In this document: piece by piece, positions 24,160-31,342 of the stretch
Numbering within the stretch: the first letter of the stretch is position 1
Layout: each line of letters begins with the position of its first letter
Source: a virus
Taxonomy: Duplodnaviria; Caudoviricetes
IMG/VR virus record: IMGVR_UViG_3300044641_002508
Span: 1-39,819 of that record
Length of the DNA: 39,819 nt
Strand: one strand, 5' to 3'
The notes under the pieces: model-generated
The model's database searches: none
What the model was told of the DNA's origin: nothing
What the model saw: the letters and a program-made list of their open reading frames with translations, nothing else
Translations under genes and position numbers: made by a program

Positions 24160-24218
24160 GCAGACACCCCCGTCGTGGCGGGTGTTTCGTCCGGCGCTCA
24201 TCAGTGCGGGATGCCGGA
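24155..24218 (-). ncRNA. Hammerhead ribozyme (type I, minimal stem II with pseudoknot)
   Basis: CCGCA-CUGAUGA-G(CGCCGGA)C-GAAA-CACCC..GGGUG-UC^UGCGG. Upstream UCCGGC pairs with loop-II GCCGGA. Predicted cut between 24163 and 24162. Confidence 0.88.
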
Positions 24219-24228
24219 ATGTTTCGTG

Positions 24229-24687
24229 CTAGTCCTCTTCGACGTGCGTCACCTCTGCGTCGTAGTACTCCACCTCTGTGTCGATGGAGTCGTAGTGGCT
24301 CACATCGATGGTGTCGACACGTCCTAGCGCCTCGTCGCGGGCGTCGTCCTTTCCGTTCGCCTCCACCTGAAAGGTGATCCTGACGGGAACGCTGACGGTC
24401 ACGTTGTACGTTTTCGTGAGGCTGATGCCGACGAGGTCGCGGACGATACCGGCGCGCTCGTCGTTGCCGTCGGCCCAGTTGCGGAGGTCGTCGATCCAGT
24501 CCGCCTCGCAGTCCTTCGCGAAGGGTGCGAAGACCTCTTCGATCAGGCTGCGGAGCATGCCGATGGTGTCGTCCTTGCGCATGCTCCCCTCCTTGAGCAG
24601 GTGGATCCTACCCTTGAGCAGTTCGATATCTCCGCGGAGAACCTCCGGATCGGCGGTGTCGGTGGTGGTGGTGTCGGTGTCGGTCAT
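24229..24687 (-). CDS. Acidic early hypothetical protein
   Basis: Start set by the R2 RBS; C-terminal TY.VTV..VEA....A.DEA motif. Confidence 0.75.
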   Translation of the reverse strand: MTDTDTTTTDTADPEVLRGDIELLKGRIHLLKEGSMRKDDTIGMLRSLIEEVFAPFAKDCEADWIDDLRNWADGNDERAGIVRDLVGISLTKTYNVTVSVPVRITFQVEANGKDDARDEALGRVDTIDVSHYDSIDTEVEYYDAEVTHVEED

Positions 24688-24695
24688 GGTGTAGA

Positions 24696-24766
24696 TCCCT
24701 TCTCGTGGTGTACTTACAGTGTGCCACAAGATTGTGGCTTGATTTGTAAATCCTTTGTAAGGATTA
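24696..24766 (-). promoter_or_regulatory. Early cassette repeat R2
   Basis: TAATCCTTACA-AAGGA-TTTACA-AATCAA-GCCACAATCTTGTGG-CACACT-GTAAGTACACC..GAGAAGGGA; palindrome at 24723-24738. Confidence 0.85.
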
Positions 24767-24982
24767 TTCTGCGTCGTCCGGGTAGTCGTAATCCCCGGCG
24801 TACTCGTTACGCATCGCCGTACTGTGCGCCTCGGTGATGAGTCGGCGCAAGAACCATATATCCTCTCGGCTAAAAAAGTCGTATGAACTGAGGGATAAAG
24901 CGGTCAGTCCGTCGATAATGGCGGCCATCTCTCGGATGGTCAGTGTGTCAGCGATCACGTCGCTGCGCTTCTCTGTACTCAT
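24764..24982 (-). CDS. Early hypothetical protein
   Basis: Start set by the R3 RBS; its TAA is the first triplet of R2. Confidence 0.7.
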   Translation of the reverse strand: MSTEKRSDVIADTLTIREMAAIIDGLTALSLSSYDFFSREDIWFLRRLITEAHSTAMRNEYAGDYDYPDDAE

Positions 24983-24987
24983 GTGCA

Positions 24988-25058
24988 CCCCTTCTCTTGG
25001 TGTAATCACAGTATGCCACAAGATTGTGGCTCTAGTTGTAAGGATTTTGTAAGGATTA
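24988..25058 (-). promoter_or_regulatory. Early cassette repeat R3
   Basis: TAATCCTTACAAAATCCTTACA-ACTAGA-GCCACAATCTTGTGG-CATACT-GTGATTACACC..GAGAAGGGG; palindrome at 25015-25030. Confidence 0.85.
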
Positions 25059-25871
25059 CGCAGCCTGCAGGAACCCGTGCCGCGTACCCTTCTGCCCCCG
25101 CATGCGCCCCTTCGCGCGAAGTCCTACGATCACGCCGCCCGGGTCAGCGAATCGGAGGTCGTGCGCATCGCCATCGACCACGGTGTACGTGTCGCCCCAT
25201 GGTGCCTGCCACGTTGCGGGCAGGGGTGCGCCCTTGCGGGTGTCGAAGACTACGGCGACCCTGTAGCCCGCGTCTAGGTAGCGTCGTGCTGCTACGCCAT
25301 CGCCGCCGGGATACGAATACGTCACGTCGATGCCGTGCTCGGGCGCGTCCGGCTTAGGCCGCTTCGTGTAGTCGTACAGGACGCAGCCCTCCGCTAGCGC
25401 GTGCGCGATGATCTCCGGGTGCCTCTGGTGCCACACGATATCGGACGTACCGTTCAGGCGTAGGGCGGGCGTCAGGCCGTGCCGTCGCGCGTTGCGTGCG
25501 TGCGCGGTGATCTCCCGGCGTAGCCGTACGCTGAACCCTTCCGGGTCTAGGATCATCGCCGCCGTGCGACGAATCCGGCTAGCCTGAATCTGATTCCACC
25601 CGGACGCGTCAAGGGCGATGCCTCCCCGGCCTGAAGTGTTCAGGCACCCGGCGGTGCACGCGGTGCTAGCCCACGGGCACACGTTCGCGCCAGACATAGT
25701 GGCCGGTGCGAGGTGCAGGACGGCGGGCAAGTAGCCCATATCCGCCGCGCCCTTCGCAACCTTCGGATTTGTCGTGGTGAGAAGGCTACCCGCGCCCTTC
25801 ACCGGGTAGTACTCATCGACGGCCGCTACCGTAGCCGCGACGGCACGCGTCACAAGATTGGAATACGTCAT
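25056..25871 (-). CDS. GP88-like protein (radical-SAM-like Cys triad)
   Basis: L.LAPA..SG.NVCPWAS.AC..GCL..SGRG, RLNGTSDI.W, YDYTK, VAVVF, DGD.HDLRF.DP..VIVGL.AKG. Confidence 0.8.
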   Translation of the reverse strand: MTYSNLVTRAVAATVAAVDEYYPVKGAGSLLTTTNPKVAKGAADMGYLPAVLHLAPATMSGANVCPWASTACTAGCLNTSGRGGIALDASGWNQIQASRIRRTAAMILDPEGFSVRLRREITAHARNARRHGLTPALRLNGTSDIVWHQRHPEIIAHALAEGCVLYDYTKRPKPDAPEHGIDVTYSYPGGDGVAARRYLDAGYRVAVVFDTRKGAPLPATWQAPWGDTYTVVDGDAHDLRFADPGGVIVGLRAKGRMRGQKGTRHGFLQAA

Positions 25872-25877
25872 GTCGAA

Positions 25878-25949
25878 CCCCCTTCGTTCGGTGTAATCAC
25901 ATTGTGCCACAAGATTGTGGCCAAGATTGTAAATAGTTTGTAAGGATTT
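25878..25949 (-). promoter_or_regulatory. Early cassette repeat R4
   Basis: AATCCTTACA-AACTA-TTTACA-ATCTTG-GCCACAATCTTGTGG-CACAAT-GTGATTACACC..GAAGGGGG; palindrome at 25906-25921. Confidence 0.85.
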
Positions 25950-26177
25950 CTACGGGCTGAGTAGTCCGGCCGCCTTGGTCTCCCTGCGCCACTTCGCGGC
26001 CGCGTTACTGTAGTCCTGATACAGGCTATGAATGGTGCCCCACGCGTGCAGACTCATGGTCTCGCCGAGCACCTCCTCGGTGTAGCCCAACTTCGACATA
26101 GCGTCGCATGCCGCATCCATCGCATCTAGCGCCCGGTTCAGCGCGTACGCGGCCTCTCGGTATTCCTTCGTGATCAT
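25950..26177 (-). CDS. Early hypothetical protein
   Basis: RBS from R5; stop abuts R4. Confidence 0.75.
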   Translation of the reverse strand: MITKEYREAAYALNRALDAMDAACDAMSKLGYTEEVLGETMSLHAWGTIHSLYQDYSNAAAKWRRETKAAGLLSP

Positions 26178-26183
26178 CCTGCA

Positions 26184-26253
26184 CCCCTTCTATTGGTGTA
26201 ACCACACTATACCGCACCCGAACGGTGCAGTTTGTAAGGATTTTGTAAGGATT
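26184..26253 (-). promoter_or_regulatory. Early cassette repeat R5 (alternative palindrome)
   Basis: AATCCTTACAAAATCCTTACA-N21 (contains GCACC-GTTCG-GGTGC)-TATAGT-GTGGTTACACC..AGAAGGGG. Confidence 0.8.
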
Positions 26254-26341
26254 CGAACACACTCGCCGGGCCTAAACGCGGGCACACTTCTCCCTTCCTC
26301 CTGCCCTCCGGGCGCACACCGAACCGCCTAGCCAATCCAAA

Positions 26342-26384
26342 GGGGAGCGCCGGGAATCGAACCCGGCAAGGCCAGCCACCCCCC
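26342..26384 (-). ncRNA. tRNA-like minihelix (acceptor stem + T-arm only)
   Basis: G-GGGGGUG-N10-CCGGG-UUCGAUU-CCCGG-CGCUCCC-C; no D or anticodon arm, no CCA. Confidence 0.6.
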
Positions 26385-26390
26385 ACGCGC

Positions 26391-26510
26391 CTACCCGATG
26401 CGTAGCACCCGGCACGCCTCTCGCGCCTGCTCGCGCTCCTCGGGCGTCAGCACCTCCCCCGCCTTCAGACGCGCCACGAACGCCGCTAGACGCTTCTCCG
26501 CCGGACTCAT
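26391..26510 (-). CDS. 39-aa hypothetical protein
   Basis: ATGA-coupled; MSPAEKRLAAFVARLKAGEVLTPEEREQAREACRVLRIG. Confidence 0.6.
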   Translation of the reverse strand: MSPAEKRLAAFVARLKAGEVLTPEEREQAREACRVLRIG

Positions 26511-26800
26511 GCCGCCACCGCCATACGCGCCGCACGCTGCGCCCACTTCTCCCGGGATCCCTCACGATACCCGCCACGCTTACCGTGCTGCGACTTGCCA
26601 ACCGGCCGCGCCTTGCACGCCCACGCGGGCACCCGCGCGTCAGGCAAAACCGTGACCGTGAATACGCGGCCATCGATCACGCGGAACCCCGCACCCGCAG
26701 GCACCGGCACGCCGTCACGCTGAACGCCCACGAACCGGCCACCCGCACCGCGCAGCATCACGCCGCCACCAAAGGCGGCCACCCCCGTGGGGGCGATCAT
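26507..26800 (-). CDS. Early hypothetical protein
   Basis: ATGA-coupled, SD GGAGGT. Confidence 0.6.
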   Translation of the reverse strand: MIAPTGVAAFGGGVMLRGAGGRFVGVQRDGVPVPAGAGFRVIDGRVFTVTVLPDARVPAWACKARPVGKSQHGKRGGYREGSREKWAQRAARMAVAA

Positions 26801-27012
26801 GCCGCCACCTCCCGCGCAATGCGAGCACGCCCAGCGATATAGCCTTCCCGCAACGCACCACGCAACGCCTCCGGCGCAACCTTCCCCCGGCCGCTGATGC
26901 AGAGACCATCGAAGAACGGCAGGCCATCACGCTGCCAATCCTCCTCCGAATGCCCAGCATGGTCAAAACCCAAGTGCCACGCCTCCCATTCCAACCCAGT
27001 GTAATCGATCAT
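26797..27012 (-). CDS. Early hypothetical protein (first leftward gene)
   Basis: Start set by the R6 RBS. Confidence 0.65.
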   Translation of the reverse strand: MIDYTGLEWEAWHLGFDHAGHSEEDWQRDGLPFFDGLCISGRGKVAPEALRGALREGYIAGRARIAREVAA

Positions 27013-27018
27013 CGTGCA

Positions 27019-27093
27019 CCCCTTCCGTTTGGTGTAGCCACACTCTAGCACACCCCAACCCCCCCAAAGTAAACCTTTACAGAATCCTTACAA
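27019..27093 (-). promoter_or_regulatory. Early cassette repeat R6 (direct repeat inverted, no palindrome)
   Basis: TGC-TAGAGT-GTGGCTACACC..GGAAGGGG; TTTACA-GAATC-CTTACA lies on the plus strand at ~27076-27092. Confidence 0.7.
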
Positions 27094-27583
27094 CCCCAAC
27101 CCGCGGAGGGGATGAGAAGGTACGCGCGCGCGACGCCTGCCCGCCGAGCGAGAACCCCACCCGACGCGCCCGACCGCGTACCCATCCTCGGGCTTGTTTT
27201 TTTGTGGGTAAGAAGATTGTGTAGGCTGCTTCTTGCGTTGATTGGATGGGTTTTCTTTGCCCCTCCCTAGCCTTTTGGCTAGCCAACGTCCGTTTAGCGT
27301 GCTTGTTGTCCCTGCACGATCCGACCTGTCCGTTTCCGGGGTGTGGTCTGGTCGTCTGATGGCGATCCGTGGTGCGGTGTTCGCGTCAGTGCTCCGACTA
27401 GGCGTGCTGGTTCTGTGTGCTTGACCCTTGAGCGAGGGTTGTTGCGTTGTTGTTTTAGTGTAGCGCGTCTTTGCCATGTCGATGATTCTTTTGTGTGTGT
27501 ACATTGCACTGTGTGTATGTCGTGTGTATGTACATGTTCGACATATCGTGCATTTGTTCGATTTTTCGTGTATTGTCACGATA

Positions 27584-27898
27584 ATGAAGAAGCAGATGCG
27601 TACATACGGTATGTACGAAGAAGAATTGCGCCAGTTTAACGAGGCTCAGACCATTCGTCGCGGAAAAAAGAAGGATGGTTATCCTCCTTCGTATTTTGCT
27701 GATGCGTTTGAGTACACGCAGCCGAGGCGTAATAGTCGTGGTTGTGGCGACGTAACCGTTATTAACCAGAACACTGGTGAGGTAAAGAAGGTTCCGGCTG
27801 ATGAAGTCACGCGTGTGTATCAGCATTATCGTGGACAGGCTGGTGGACGCTATGCTTTGCGTACAGATCGTATTGATCTAGCCGAAGAAAGCGCGTAA
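27584..27898 (+). CDS. Hypothetical protein (first rightward gene, probably leaderless)
   Basis: TATTGT 7 nt before ATG 27584; TAATG-coupled to TerS. Confidence 0.6.
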   Translation: MKKQMRTYGMYEEELRQFNEAQTIRRGKKKDGYPPSYFADAFEYTQPRRNSRGCGDVTVINQNTGEVKKVPADEVTRVYQHYRGQAGGRYALRTDRIDLAEESA

Positions 27899-28320
27899 TG
27901 GTCAGCGAAGAAACGGAAGAGAAGTATTTTGGCGAGGACGCTAAGCGCAGCATCCTAGAAATGGCCAAACGACCTATTGCTCTGCTGACTATTGCCCAGT
28001 CGCATGGCATTCCACCGTCCACGCTTGCTAATCGCGTAGAAGAAGAAGACGAGTTTGCCCTCGCGTTTCAGAAAGAACGAGCAAACATCCAGTCAAAGAT
28101 CATTGATCAGGTGATGGAGAAGGGCGATGGTGATTGGCGCATGTGGTTCCAAGTCGCAGAGCGCCTATTTCCCAGTGGTTACGCCAAAGAAAAAGCCAAC
28201 ACTATTAAGATTGAGGCTTCAGCGTTTGATTGGAACCAGTTGGGCCGCTTGACGGAGAAGGATCTTCCGAAGCGCGAAGTCAAGCACATCGAAGCAGAAA
28301 GCGTAGAAGTCGATGGTTGA
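27898..28320 (+). CDS. terS: Terminase small subunit (putative)
   Basis: HTH-like TIAQSHGIPPSTLANR, EF..AF, DWR..F..AER.FP..Y; lies upstream of TerL. Confidence 0.65.
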   Translation: MVSEETEEKYFGEDAKRSILEMAKRPIALLTIAQSHGIPPSTLANRVEEEDEFALAFQKERANIQSKIIDQVMEKGDGDWRMWFQVAERLFPSGYAKEKANTIKIEASAFDWNQLGRLTEKDLPKREVKHIEAESVEVDG

Positions 28321-28453
28321 ACCATTCGACACGAATCGCGACCCGGGCGACGAGCAACCGCCCACTAAGGGCAAAGATTATTACCTCGTACTAGACGAAA
28401 ACGGATGTCTGGATATCCCAAACGATCAGGAAACTGATGTCTCGTCAAATTGA
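28313..28453 (+). CDS. 46-aa acidic hypothetical protein
   Basis: MVEPFDTNRDPGDEQ.. fills the TerS-TerL gap and overlaps both genes. Confidence 0.4.
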   Translation: MVEPFDTNRDPGDEQPPTKGKDYYLVLDENGCLDIPNDQETDVSSN

Positions 28454-30050
28454 CGCACAAGAAAAACGCCGCAAACCCAAAGCCGGATCCAAAGCACGAC
28501 TCGTCAACGATCTTCCAGAAGACCAGTTTGACCTCCGAAAAAAAATTCTTTTGGATCCGGATTGGATTTATCCCAATCTTCTCGGAATGCAGCCGTGGAG
28601 CAAACAGTGGGAAGTAATCCGCAGCGTCAGAGACAATAAGCGCACGGCTGTGCGCTCTTGTCACGGCTCTGGCAAGACGGCCATCGCGGGTGCCGTCGTC
28701 CTAGAGTTTATGCTACAAGGGCCATGCCGAGTCATCACTACGGCTCCAACGTGGTCGCAGGTCGAACAGTTGCTCTGGCGAGAGATCGCGCAGCGTCATC
28801 GACATATTGACCCCGCCTTCGGAAAACTCTTCAAGACGCAACTTGAAATAGCCCCAGACTGGTTTGCCATCGGACTCTCCACTGATACTCCGGAGCGTTT
28901 TCAGGGCCACCACGCCCCCAGAATGCTGCTGGTAGTTGATGAGGCGAGTGGTGTAGATGACGCTATCTACGAAGCCTCGGAAGGATTCCTTACCGCCGAA
29001 GGCGCACGCGTCCTCCTTATCGGAAACCCGACCCGTACTGCTGGAACGTTCTACCGAGCGTTCAAACCAGATTCTGGATGGCATAGAGTACACATTAGCG
29101 CATTCGACACGCCGAATTTTACGGGCGAAGAGGTACACGAAAACGCAGCACGCGCCCTCGTCACACCAGAATGGGCAGCAGACGCAGCAACACAGTGGGG
29201 AATAGACTCGCCCGCCTACAAAATCCGCGTACTAGGAAATTTTGCGGAAACAACAGGCCGCCAATTCTTCCAATTCCTACAGAACCTCGCCTATACCGAC
29301 CCCAAGAAGAAGGGGCGCATGCTGGGCCAACCCGTAAAAGGTGGAACCGTCCGCTTCTACGACGACACAAGCGGCCCAATCAAGATCTATCATCACCCAG
29401 TCAAAGATCGACGCTACATCGTCTTTGCCGACGTAGCCGGAAGTGTTACAGAAGACAATTATCAGGCCCGCGTAACAAATTATGACTCAACTGATGGCTC
29501 TGACTACGCCGCCGCAGTCGTAATTGACGCAGAAAACGGTCAAATCTGTGCCGAATACCACGGACGCCCAGCACTAGACGAGTACGCAGAAGAACTAGGC
29601 CGCATCGCACACACATACAACAAGGCACTACTAGCCGTAGAGCGAAACAGCATGGGACAAGCCGTCCTACTCATGCTAACCACAACATACAACTACCCAA
29701 ACTTGTACAGGCCAAGGCATATGAACAGCACAATGCCATCAATGGACAAGAAAATTGGCTGGTCTACCAACTCTGCTACTAGGCCACGCATGCTTAGCGC
29801 ACTACAAGCCCAGATCCGTGATCATCCAGAAACAATCTGCAGCGAACGCCTAATTGACGAGTTGCGCACGTTTGTATACGACAAGCGTGGACGCGAAGGC
29901 GCTGATTACGGGTGCCACGACGACATGGTAATGGCCGCTGGCGGAGCATTCGCCGTTATGCAAGAAACGATGTACAAGCCAATTGACCTCAGGCCGCAGC
30001 GGCGTAGCAGATCTACTACAACCATCACAAAACGCGCACCACGCGTCTGA
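28437..30050 (+). CDS. terL: Terminase large subunit
   Basis: Walker A RSCHGSGKT, TAPT..Q, Walker B VVDEASG, IGNP, nuclease FADVA..DY..AVERN..HDDMVMA. Confidence 0.96.
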   Translation: MSRQIDAQEKRRKPKAGSKARLVNDLPEDQFDLRKKILLDPDWIYPNLLGMQPWSKQWEVIRSVRDNKRTAVRSCHGSGKTAIAGAVVLEFMLQGPCRVITTAPTWSQVEQLLWREIAQRHRHIDPAFGKLFKTQLEIAPDWFAIGLSTDTPERFQGHHAPRMLLVVDEASGVDDAIYEASEGFLTAEGARVLLIGNPTRTAGTFYRAFKPDSGWHRVHISAFDTPNFTGEEVHENAARALVTPEWAADAATQWGIDSPAYKIRVLGNFAETTGRQFFQFLQNLAYTDPKKKGRMLGQPVKGGTVRFYDDTSGPIKIYHHPVKDRRYIVFADVAGSVTEDNYQARVTNYDSTDGSDYAAAVVIDAENGQICAEYHGRPALDEYAEELGRIAHTYNKALLAVERNSMGQAVLLMLTTTYNYPNLYRPRHMNSTMPSMDKKIGWSTNSATRPRMLSALQAQIRDHPETICSERLIDELRTFVYDKRGREGADYGCHDDMVMAAGGAFAVMQETMYKPIDLRPQRRSRSTTTITKRAPRV

Positions 30051-30062
30051 TAAAGTTAAAAT
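30043..30062 (+). promoter_or_regulatory. Putative leaderless late promoter (GCGTCTGA-TAAAGT)
   Basis: Same GCGTCTGATA as 3625; -10 is 6 nt before the ATG. Confidence 0.55.
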
Positions 30063-30344
30063 ATGTCTGAAAGTACTCCAGCATGGCAGCGCAAAGAAGG
30101 AAAGAATCCTTCTGGTGGTCTAAATGCTGCTGGACGCGCGGCGTACAACAAGGAGAATCCCGGAAAGCCGGGCCTAAAGCCGCCAGTAAAGCGTGCGCAG
30201 GCAGCGCGTTCTCCACAGCACGCTGCTCGTAGGCGTTCTTTCTGCAGTCGCATGAGTGGTATGAAGAAAAAGTTGACCAGCGCAAAAACAGCAAAAGACC
30301 CTAACAGCAGGATCAACAAATCGTTGCGTGCGTGGGACTGCTAG
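30063..30344 (+). CDS. DUF6321-like small basic phage protein
   Basis: AWQRKEGKNP.GGLN..GR, RRRSFC.RM.GMKKKLTSAKTA.DPNSRINKSLRAW.C. Confidence 0.8.
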   Translation: MSESTPAWQRKEGKNPSGGLNAAGRAAYNKENPGKPGLKPPVKRAQAARSPQHAARRRSFCSRMSGMKKKLTSAKTAKDPNSRINKSLRAWDC

Positions 30345-30374
30345 TCCGTAATAGTACTGATATACTTTTAAACT

Positions 30375-30536
30375 ATGTCGGGAAATCTTCCACCTACGAA
30401 TTATCAGAAGTTGGTTGCAAAACTTCGTGCTCGTGGAGTCCGCGATCCGAAAGCCCTTGCTGCTAGCATTGGAAGAAAGAAATACGGCAAAGCAACTTTT
30501 CAAAAAATGGCCGCAGAAGGCCGGAGGAACAAGTAA
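30375..30536 (+). CDS. 53-aa basic phage protein
   Basis: MSGNLPPTNYQKLVAKLRARGVRDPKALAASIGRKKYGKATFQKMAAEGRRNK; not in the ORF track. Confidence 0.75.
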   Translation: MSGNLPPTNYQKLVAKLRARGVRDPKALAASIGRKKYGKATFQKMAAEGRRNK

Positions 30537-30712
30537 TGGCAACTCGCCCCGCCCCGGCCAGCCGCAACAAGAGCGGTAAGGCTGCAAACAAGAAGACTGT
30601 CGCGAACATGAACAAGATCAACAAGACTGTTCAGTCCGCAACGAACAAGATGGGCGCTCGCCCGTCTGCCGTTAAGAACTTCCTTAAGAAGTATTCGCAG
30701 GGGATGCGATAA
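30536..30712 (+). CDS. 58-aa basic protein (N-terminus MATRPAPA)
   Basis: TAATG-coupled at both ends; not in the ORF track. Confidence 0.7.
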   Translation: MATRPAPASRNKSGKAANKKTVANMNKINKTVQSATNKMGARPSAVKNFLKKYSQGMR

Positions 30713-31062
30713 TGGCCATCATGCCGCCCGCTGAAGGCGCTCCGATGCCCGGCCCCGCTATGGGCGCTCCCGGTATGGAGCCCGCGCCCGCTGCGCAGAT
30801 GATGGCCCCGCTTGCAATGCTCGCTCAGCAGCAGCAGCAGGCAGTTGCGGCCCAGCAGCAGCAGCAGATGATGATGCGCGAAGCAATGAAGCAGCAGATT
30901 CTGCGCCTTGTCAGCATGATGCCGATGGCGAATCCCGCTGGTGTCGCTGCTCGTACTGAGCCGCTTCCTCCGTCGATGGGAGAGAACGATATGTCTCCGG
31001 ATGAGAACGAGAACGCCATGGGTGACATGGCTGAAGATCAATCTGAGGAGATGATGTCGTAA
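30712..31062 (+). CDS. Met/Pro/Gln-rich hypothetical protein
   Basis: TAATG-coupled at both ends. Confidence 0.65.
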   Translation: MAIMPPAEGAPMPGPAMGAPGMEPAPAAQMMAPLAMLAQQQQQAVAAQQQQQMMMREAMKQQILRLVSMMPMANPAGVAARTEPLPPSMGENDMSPDENENAMGDMAEDQSEEMMS

Positions 31063-31337
31063 TGCCTATCAACAATTTTCAAGCCAAAGACGCTTCGCTA
31101 CCGTCGTACACTCGCGCAGTAGCAATTACCGCAAACGATTCGACTGATCTTGTTGAAACGACACGCGCAATTGTTGTTGATCACGCTTCGTCTCAGCATG
31201 CTAACGTGAGCGTTATTCTCAAGGATGACACTGCTGCTGTGACAATTCCGATTCGCGTTGGTCTTGCTTTCCCGATTCGCGCAACGCGCATTCGCGCGAC
31301 TGGCACCAATGCTAGTTCGATTGTTGCTCTATACTAA
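31062..31337 (+). CDS. Head spike base-like protein (RcGTA Rcc01079-like)
   Basis: A.AIT..DSTDL...TRAI.V..V.V..VT...G..PIR..RIRATGT.A..IVALY pattern. Confidence 0.7.
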   Translation: MPINNFQAKDASLPSYTRAVAITANDSTDLVETTRAIVVDHASSQHANVSVILKDDTAAVTIPIRVGLAFPIRATRIRATGTNASSIVALY

Positions 31338-31342
31338 ATCTT

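Noticed and set aside
26249-26262. Second T-loop-like GTTCGAATCC
   Set aside because: No flanking stem; it arises from overlap with the AATCCTTACA repeat.
26342-26384. Functional tRNA gene or attP core
   Set aside because: It lacks D and anticodon arms and CCA, and no integrase was recognised.
23936-27093. Repeats as a CRISPR array or integron attC sites
   Set aside because: Spacing is gene-sized and irregular, and the repeats contain -10 and RBS elements. There is no cas operon or integron integrase; the 4-Cys nuclease sits in a recombination operon.
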